From positions 52,564 through 116,563 of the forward strand of contig JALOOX010000002.1 of the NCBI GenBank assembly GCA_025454175.1: a DNA stretch of 64,000 bases. The letters run 5' to 3'. Within the stretch, counting starts at the first letter, position 1. Each line of letters opens with the position of its first letter. The stretch comes from Syntrophobacteraceae bacterium. Its GTDB lineage: Bacteria; Desulfobacterota; Syntrophobacteria; Syntrophobacterales; Syntrophobacteraceae. A program made the translations under genes and the position numbers. Positions 57,788-64,000 of the stretch are shown here, in pieces. The notes beneath the pieces are model-generated. The model made no database searches and was not told where the DNA came from. It saw only the letters and a program-made list of their open reading frames with translations.

Positions 57788-57861
57788 GATCCATGGTCGG
57801 TGGGCTCAAGCCTCCATGTCCCGGGAATACTCCTCGGAGCCCCCGGCGCATGAGGGGGTAG

Positions 57862-57881
57862 GGCCGGGCTGCGTCCCGGCC
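57862..57881 (-). other. GC hairpin just downstream of the ferredoxin stop codon
   Basis: GGCCGGG-ctgcgt-CCCGGCC (7-bp stem) with no U-tract. It could be an RNA stability or processing element rather than a terminator. Confidence 0.4.
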
Positions 57882-57888
57882 TGTGAGG

Positions 57889-58194
57889 TCAAGCCAGAAG
57901 GTATTGCTTGGCGGGGCCGCCTCCGTTTTCCAGGGAATCCAGGATGGCGTCCATGGCCTCCTCGCCGGCGATGCCCTTGTACCAGTGGCCCTGGGGGTAG
58001 ACGATGACGATGGGGCCCTCTTCGCAGAGCTTGAGGCAGCCGGTCGTCGACACCATGGCGTCGATGCCCCGGTCGGCGAGCTCCTCCTCGAGGTAGGACA
58101 CGAGCTGCATGGAGTCCTTCTTGATGCATTTCCCCCTGGCTTCGGTTCCCCTGAAGCTGGCGCAGACGAACAGGTGATAGTCGGGCTTGTGCAT
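57889..58194 (-). CDS. thioredoxin-like [2Fe-2S] ferredoxin
   Basis: 101 aa. Cys pattern HLFVCASFR...GKC...TGCLKLCEEGP is typical of (2Fe-2S) ferredoxin domain proteins found in nif clusters. Confidence 0.85.
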   Translation of the reverse strand: MHKPDYHLFVCASFRGTEARGKCIKKDSMQLVSYLEEELADRGIDAMVSTTGCLKLCEEGPIVIVYPQGHWYKGIAGEEAMDAILDSLENGGGPAKQYLLA

Positions 58195-58216
58195 GGGATG
58201 TTCCTTTGATATGGGC

Positions 58217-58237
58217 GGTTTCTGGTTTTCAGTTGTC
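58217..58237 (-). repeat. heptanucleotide array, 3 degenerate units
   Basis: The plus strand reads ggtttct ggttttc agttgtc. The array lies in the 49-nt nifK-fdx spacer, 22 nt upstream of the fdx ATG. Confidence 0.7.
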
Positions 58238-58243
58238 CTTCGG

Positions 58244-59620
58244 CTACATGACCAGCTCGAAGCTCTCCTCCGGGGCGTCGCGATCGATGCGGTCCAGGAT
58301 GGCGTCCAGGATTTTCTCCAGGAGCCGCAGGCCGCCCCGGTAGCCCACCGTCGGCATGTAGCTGTGGCCGACCCGGTCGAGGATGGGGAAGCCGAGCCTC
58401 ACGAACGGGATGTCCTCGTCCCTGGCGATGTACTTCAGATACGTGTTCCCCATCAGGAGGTCCACCGGGTCATTTCGCAGCCACTGGTGAAACAGGAACA
58501 TGTCCCCTGCGCCGCGCACGTTGACGGGGTGCGGCACCGACCGGGTGATCTCCCGGATCCGCTTTTCGAACTTCTTGCCCGGCGTTCCCGTGACGATGTG
58601 AATGGGCCACATGTCGATGGAAACCAGGAATTCCGCGAGGACGATGAGCTGATCCGGGTCCCCCACCAGGCCGACCTTTTTGCCGTAAAAGTACTGGTGC
58701 ATGTCGGCCATCACGTCCAGGAGCTGGCCCCGCTCGATGTTGAGAGAATCGGGCACGGGCACCCCCCCCATCTTGCGCAGGTGGTCGATGAAGGTGTCGG
58801 TTGCATGGAGTCCGATGGGGAGATCCAGGATCTCGCACGGGACCTTGCACCGGGCGTCCAGGGCGCGGGCCGCCGCCCCCGAGGCTGTTTCACCCAGGGC
58901 GATGGTGCCGATGGCCGCTCCCGTTCGCAGGAGCTCCTGGATCGTGACCCCGCCTTTCGGGAACATCTCGAACCTTCCCGTCTGTGGCGCATTCAGCACG
59001 TTGGAGGTGTCCGGGAAGACCGTGGCGGGAATGCCCAGCTCACCGGCGATCCTCTTGATTTCAGCCATGTCCGACGGTTCCACGTAGCCGGGAATGATGT
59101 TGATCCGATGCTCCCGGTGCGTGTCCGGCGTGGCGAAATAGTCAGCCATGGCCCTGGTCATGTTGGAGAACCCCGTCACATGGGAGCCGACAAAGCTGGG
59201 CGTGTTCGCATGGATCACATACTTCCCGGCGGGGATTCTCCCCTCGTCGGCCGCCTTTGAGGCGATCTGGGGAATGTCGTCCCCGATGGTCTCCGAAAGG
59301 CACGTGGTGTGGACGGCGATGACGTCCGGGTTGTAGATGGTGAAAATGTTGTGGATGGCCTGGATCAGGTTCGCCTGACCGCCGAAGACCGAGGAGCCCT
59401 CGGTGAAGGAGCTCGTTCCGGCCATGACCGGCTCCCTGTAATGGCGCGTCAGGGTGCTGCGGTGATAGGCGCAGCATCCCTGGGAGCCGTGGCTGTGGGG
59501 CAGGCATCGGTGGATGCCGAGGGCCGCGTACATGGCTCCTATGGGCTGGCAGGTCTTGGCCGGGTTGATGGCCAGGGCCTGGCGTTCGACAACTTCATCC
59601 GGTGTGTGTCTCAGCAGCAT
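58244..59620 (-). CDS. nifK: nitrogenase molybdenum-iron protein beta chain
   Basis: CQPIGAMYAALGIHRCLPHSHGSQGCCAYHR and the remaining NifK core. The track start (TTG 59662) lies inside the heptad array. I prefer ATG 59620 (MLLRHTPDEV), with GAGGA 7 nt upstream. Confidence 0.92.
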   Translation of the reverse strand: MLLRHTPDEVVERQALAINPAKTCQPIGAMYAALGIHRCLPHSHGSQGCCAYHRSTLTRHYREPVMAGTSSFTEGSSVFGGQANLIQAIHNIFTIYNPDVIAVHTTCLSETIGDDIPQIASKAADEGRIPAGKYVIHANTPSFVGSHVTGFSNMTRAMADYFATPDTHREHRINIIPGYVEPSDMAEIKRIAGELGIPATVFPDTSNVLNAPQTGRFEMFPKGGVTIQELLRTGAAIGTIALGETASGAAARALDARCKVPCEILDLPIGLHATDTFIDHLRKMGGVPVPDSLNIERGQLLDVMADMHQYFYGKKVGLVGDPDQLIVLAEFLVSIDMWPIHIVTGTPGKKFEKRIREITRSVPHPVNVRGAGDMFLFHQWLRNDPVDLLMGNTYLKYIARDEDIPFVRLGFPILDRVGHSYMPTVGYRGGLRLLEKILDAILDRIDRDAPEESFELVM

Positions 59621-59647
59621 GGTTTTATCCTCGGTCCCTGTGGGAAC

Positions 59648-59696
59648 GGTTTCAGGTTTCAAGTTTCAGGTTTCAAGTTTCTGGTTTCTGGTTATG
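59648..59696 (-). repeat. heptanucleotide tandem array, 7 units (sense TGAAACC/TGAAACT/AGAAACC)
   Basis: The plus strand reads ggtttca ggtttca agtttca ggtttca agtttct ggtttct ggttatg. The array ends 27 nt upstream of the nifK ATG. Confidence 0.92.
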
Positions 59697-59703
59697 GATT
59701 ATT

Positions 59704-59724
59704 GACTTCCGACTTCCGACTTTC
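59704..59724 (-). repeat. second heptamer array, 3 units (sense GAAAGTC GGAAGTC GGAAGTC)
   Basis: The plus strand reads gacttcc gacttcc gactttc. The last unit overlaps the nifD stop codon (59723-59725). Confidence 0.85.
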
Positions 59725-61378
59725 AGTCGACGCCGTAGGTGGCCGTGATCTCGGGGTTTTCCTGCCAGGGGGCCTTGAGGTAGCTCCAGACCCTGCTGTT
59801 CACCATGCGGTCGATCTCTTTGTAGAAATTGACTGCGCCGCCGAACCCCGCGTACGGTCCCCCCGAGTCGTAGCTGTGGAGCTGTTTCATGGGTGTGCCG
59901 CTCTTCTGCACGGCGAATTTCTCCTTGATGCCCGCGCAGACGAGGTCCGGCTTGTAGATCTCGATGAGCTTCTCGGTTTCGAACTGGCTGATGTCGTCGA
60001 TGACCAGTCTGCCCTCGTCCATGTCCGGCATCATGCCCTCGTAGTCATGGAGGGTGAAGCCGCATGCTTCGAGCCGTTCGAGCTCCTCGGCCGACTTTCG
60101 GGGCCGGTAGCGATGCTCGTCGGGATGGACCTCGAGCTCCTCGATGTTGCGGCTGTCGGCGTCCACCTTGATGGTGGGCAGCACCCGGCGCCCCTCGTAA
60201 TCGTCGCGGTGGGCGAACTCGTACCCGGCCGAGAGCACCTTCATGCCCATCTCCTTGAACAGCTCCTGGTAGTGGTGGGCCCGGGAGCCTCCCACGAAGA
60301 GCATCACCGTTTTGCCCTCAGTCCGGGGCCTGATCTCCGCCAGGGCCTCCTCCACGGCGAACATCTCTTTGGCGATGACTTCCTCCACCCGCTCCATGAG
60401 CTTCGGGTCCCCGAAATACTGGGCGATCTTGCGGAGGGACTTGGCCGAGGCCTTGGCCCCGATGAAGTTCACCTTGATCCAGGGGATGCCGAATTTCGTC
60501 TCCATCATCTCGGCCACGTAGTTGATGGAGCGGTGGCACATGATGCAGTTGAGATCCGCCGTGTGGGCGTTGGCGAAGGCGTCGATGCTCGAATTGCCGC
60601 TGAAGGTCGAAACCAGCGTGATGCCGCATTCCTCGAGGAGGCCCTCGATGACGAAGGCGTCTCCCCCGATGTTGTACTCGCCGAGCAGGTTGATCTTGAA
60701 TTCACCGCCCCGGTCCGTGTCGTCCAGGCCCACCACGTGGGTGAAGATGCCGTTGTTGGCGATGTGATGACCGGCCGACTGGCTCACGCCCTTGTAGCCC
60801 TCGCAGCTGAAGGCGAAGATGTTCACGCCCAGCTTCTCCTTCATCTCGCGGGTCACCGCGTGGACGTCGTCTCCGATGAGCCCCACGGGACACGTCGAGA
60901 ACACGGCGATGGCCTTGGGGTGAAAGAGATCGTAGGCCTCCTGGATGGCGACCCGGAGCTTCTTCTCGCCGCCGAAGACGATCTGCTCCTCCTGCATGTC
61001 CGTCGAAAAGCAGTAGGTCATGTAGTTCTCGTCCGCATGGCTCGGCGGCCTGGTCTGGTTGCGGCGGGTCAGCCAGCTGTAGAACCCGCAGCCGATGGGT
61101 CCGTGGGTGATGTTCACGATGTCCCGGGTCGGCCCCAGGACGACACCCTTGCAGCCGGCGTAGGTGCAGCCGCGCTGGGTGATGATGCCCGGGATGGTCT
61201 TGACGTTGGCCTGAATTTCCGGCACGCAGCCGCCTTCATCCGTGGTGTTGATGATGATGGACTTGGCGCGCTTGCGGGCGACTTTCGTCGGGTACTTCTC
61301 GATGAGCTCGCCCTTCACCTCTTCCGGTGGGATTTCCTCCGGCAGCCGGCATTCCGCTGAATAAGGGATTTTGGTCAT
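59723..61378 (-). CDS. nifD: nitrogenase molybdenum-iron protein alpha chain (long, anaerobe-type with about 50-aa insertion)
   Basis: GCTYAGCKGVVLGPTRDIVNITHGPIGCGFYSW. 551 aa. The insertion LPTIKVDADSRNIEELEVHPDEHRYRPRKSAEELERLEACGF resembles the clostridial-type NifD insertion. AGGAGA SD. Confidence 0.94.
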   Translation of the reverse strand: MTKIPYSAECRLPEEIPPEEVKGELIEKYPTKVARKRAKSIIINTTDEGGCVPEIQANVKTIPGIITQRGCTYAGCKGVVLGPTRDIVNITHGPIGCGFYSWLTRRNQTRPPSHADENYMTYCFSTDMQEEQIVFGGEKKLRVAIQEAYDLFHPKAIAVFSTCPVGLIGDDVHAVTREMKEKLGVNIFAFSCEGYKGVSQSAGHHIANNGIFTHVVGLDDTDRGGEFKINLLGEYNIGGDAFVIEGLLEECGITLVSTFSGNSSIDAFANAHTADLNCIMCHRSINYVAEMMETKFGIPWIKVNFIGAKASAKSLRKIAQYFGDPKLMERVEEVIAKEMFAVEEALAEIRPRTEGKTVMLFVGGSRAHHYQELFKEMGMKVLSAGYEFAHRDDYEGRRVLPTIKVDADSRNIEELEVHPDEHRYRPRKSAEELERLEACGFTLHDYEGMMPDMDEGRLVIDDISQFETEKLIEIYKPDLVCAGIKEKFAVQKSGTPMKQLHSYDSGGPYAGFGGAVNFYKEIDRMVNSRVWSYLKAPWQENPEITATYGVD

Positions 61379-61512
61379 CTTGGGGCTTCTCCTGTCGAGG
61401 GCGCAGGACCCTCTGTCGTCATCCCCGTGAAAACGAGGAGTCTGGTGATGCGAGTGGTTCCAGGTTCCCGATCTTCCGGGAATGCTGATTTCAAGGCCTC
61501 GACGGCGGCTAC

Positions 61513-61893
61513 CTACAGGTCGTCCAGAACGGAGTCGCCGGCCTCGCCCGTCCGGACCCTGACGGCGTCCTGGACCGGCATGATGAAGATCTTTCCGTCG
61601 CCCGATTTGCCCGTCTGGTTGACCTGGATGATGGTCTTCACCGTTTTCAAGACCAGCTTGTCGGGGACGACGACGCTGAAAATTCGCTTGGGGATGAGCC
61701 GCTGGCTTTGACCGAGGTGGGCGATGGCCTCTTCGTAGCCTTTCTCGGCGCCTTCGAGCACCGTGAGGTCCACCAGACCCTTCCCGCGCCCCAGGGCGTC
61801 CCGGGCCGTCATGGAGGAAATGCCGGCATCGGCCAGGGCGCGCTTGGTCCTGTTCATCATGTTCATGCGTACGATGGCCATGACTTCTTTCAT
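61513..61893 (-). CDS. nifI2: PII-like nitrogenase regulator NifI2
   Basis: 126-aa GlnB-family ORF (GDGKIFIMPV) with an extended T-loop. It is the second PII gene after nifH and overlaps nifI1 by 4 nt. Confidence 0.88.
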   Translation of the reverse strand: MKEVMAIVRMNMMNRTKRALADAGISSMTARDALGRGKGLVDLTVLEGAEKGYEEAIAHLGQSQRLIPKRIFSVVVPDKLVLKTVKTIIQVNQTGKSGDGKIFIMPVQDAVRVRTGEAGDSVLDDL

Positions 61894-62246
61894 AGCTTCA
61901 CCTGTCCCGTTTCTCCGCCGGCCGTCTCCCTGATGCCGGAGCTTATGGTGTAGACTTCCTCGACAGGGGTGATGAAGATCTTGCCGTCGCCGAAGGCGCC
62001 CTTGTCGCCCGTGCGCGCCGCCTTCATGATGGTCTTGATGACGAAGTCCCTGTCACCGTCCTTCACGACGGTGAGCAGAAGCTCCTTGGGGATTTCGTCG
62101 TAGGTGACCTCGCCGATTTTGATGCCCCGCTGTTTTCCGCGTCCCACGACCGACATCTTGGTCACGGCCGGAAATCCGGCATCCATCAGCGCAGCCATGA
62201 CGCTGTCCACTTTTTCGGGTCTCACGATGGATCGAATCATGATCAT
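61890..62246 (-). CDS. nifI1: PII-like nitrogenase regulator NifI1
   Basis: 118-aa GlnB-family ORF (IVRPEKVDSVMAAL, GDGKIFITPV) directly downstream of nifH. AAGGAGAG SD. Confidence 0.88.
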   Translation of the reverse strand: MIMIRSIVRPEKVDSVMAALMDAGFPAVTKMSVVGRGKQRGIKIGEVTYDEIPKELLLTVVKDGDRDFVIKTIMKAARTGDKGAFGDGKIFITPVEEVYTISSGIRETAGGETGQVKL

Positions 62247-62324
62247 GGTTTCTTACTCTCCTTGAGGGACAATACCCTCGGCAGGGGTGCGGGTGGATCG
62301 GTGCAGCCGGGATGGGCTCGTCGG

Positions 62325-63337
<1,013 letters not shown>

Positions 63338-63424
63338 TTTTGTGGAATTTAGGTTTCTGGCGACGGAAGCCGCCAAGCGTCGACCAACACACCCGGGCGG
63401 GAACGACTGCCCGATAGGCTGGTT

Positions 63425-63458
63425 TGCCGGCTCCCAAGCTCGAGCTTGGGAGCCGGCA
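63425..63458. repeat. perfect 34-bp palindrome
   Basis: TGCCGGCTCCCAAGCTC|GAGCTTGGGAGCCGGCA. The two 17-nt halves are exact reverse complements. Confidence 0.95.
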
Positions 63459-63499
63459 GGCGGTTATACTGATTAAGGATTGGATCTTTCTTTGCTCTA

Positions 63500-63576
63500 T
63501 TCACCGCGAAGGCGCGAAGAACGCAAAGCAAGATAGAGATGGACCCTTTGCGACCTTTGCGCCTTGGCGGTGAGAA
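63500..63576. repeat. imperfect roughly 30-bp inverted repeat (REP/MITE-like hairpin element)
   Basis: Arm 1 is TTCACCGCGAAGGCGCGAAGAACGCAAAG (63500-63528). The reverse complement of arm 2 (63546-63576) is TTCTCACCGCCAAGGCGCAAAGGTCGCAAAG. The loop is about 17 nt. Confidence 0.7.
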
Positions 63577-63636
63577 AATGAAGGTTCTCAACCGGAACGA
63601 GTATAAGGACTGGCGCCCGGTGGGAGCAGGGGTTGG

Positions 63637-64000
63637 TCATGGCTGGAGCCAAAGGTTGGAAAGGTCGAATTCGAGCCTGGAAAACGGCTCGGCGCACACC
63701 TTGTCGTCTTCGAAGTAGACCCCGAGGACAATCCACCGGCCTGAATCATCCAGCTGAAAGACTTCCAGGGATTTGGCGGTTGGATCGATGAGCCACAGGT
63801 GCGGGACACCGCGCAGGGCGTAGATGCGCATCTTGTGGACACGGTCCTTCCGCATCGTGCCCGGCGACAGCAGCTCACAGACCCAGTCCGGCGATACCGA
63901 TATCCAGTTGTGGGGCTCCTCGACGGGAAACCGCTCTCTTTTCCACCCCGCGAGGTCCGGCACCAGCAGATCGTCCCCGAACATGATCTCCGGCTCAACC
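63637..64000 (-). CDS. Uma2 family (DUF820) endonuclease, 5' end outside window
   Basis: PDWVCELLSPGTMRKDRVHKMRIYALRGVPHLWLIDPTAKSLEVFQL matches the PD-(D/E)xK-like Uma2 core. The frame stays open to the window edge. Confidence 0.75.
   Translation of the reverse strand, partial: VEPEIMFGDDLLVPDLAGWKRERFPVEEPHNWISVSPDWVCELLSPGTMRKDRVHKMRIYALRGVPHLWLIDPTAKSLEVFQLDDSGRWIVLGVYFEDDKVCAEPFSRLEFDLSNLWLQP

Noticed and set aside
59621-59662. TTG 59662 as the nifK start (adds MKPETVPTGTEDKT)
   Set aside because: The codon lies inside the heptad repeat array and has no SD. ATG 59620 has GAGGA at optimal spacing.
56239-59724. Heptad arrays as a CRISPR array or as coding low-complexity peptide repeats
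   Set aside because: Units are 7 nt long and directly abutting with no spacers, far shorter than CRISPR repeats. A 7-nt period breaks any reading frame.
59309-61360. 683-aa plus-strand ORF
   Set aside because: It is antisense to nifK and nifD and is a shadow ORF.

Overview
GC-rich chromosomal segment, apparently from an anaerobic deltaproteobacterium-like organism (Syntrophobacterales-type gene content). The taxon is inferred only, and all calls rest on motif recognition because no searches were run. Gene order from 5' to 3': purine genes (purH-like 3' end, purD, purE) and tsaC. A membrane-anchored MurG-like protein with a HEAT-repeat tail, next to mraY. Peptidases (M3-like, rhomboid, M32), a PEP-utilising enzyme and ettA. 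An SPFH/zinc-ribbon gene pair, mscL, and ALDH plus SDR. An ABC importer. A cNMP-CBS-DUF294 nucleotidyltransferase with a DEDD exonuclease. Two flavin reductases and a rhodanese-YceI fusion. A candidate Moco/Wco riboswitch upstream of tupABC. A HEAT-like protein with an HD-GYP protein. A four-gene glycosylation cluster. A disulfide reductase, tkt-rpiA-zwf and a TVP38 protein. A thioredoxin-fold gene with an in-frame TGA, which I read as a selenoprotein candidate. A GH15 enzyme, a DUF1786 protein, a cold-shock protein and a DUF2892 protein. A complete anaerobe-type Mo-nitrogenase operon on the minus strand: nifH-nifI1-nifI2-nifD-nifK-fdx-nifE-nifN-nifB. The window ends in a partial Uma2 endonuclease gene. 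The most unusual signal is a family of strand-oriented heptanucleotide tandem arrays (sense-strand unit about AGAAACC). They fill the nif intercistronic spacers and also precede two unlinked genes. No rRNA, tRNA, CRISPR array, transposase or integrase was seen. Many long ORFs in the track are antisense artefacts of GC-rich coding DNA.
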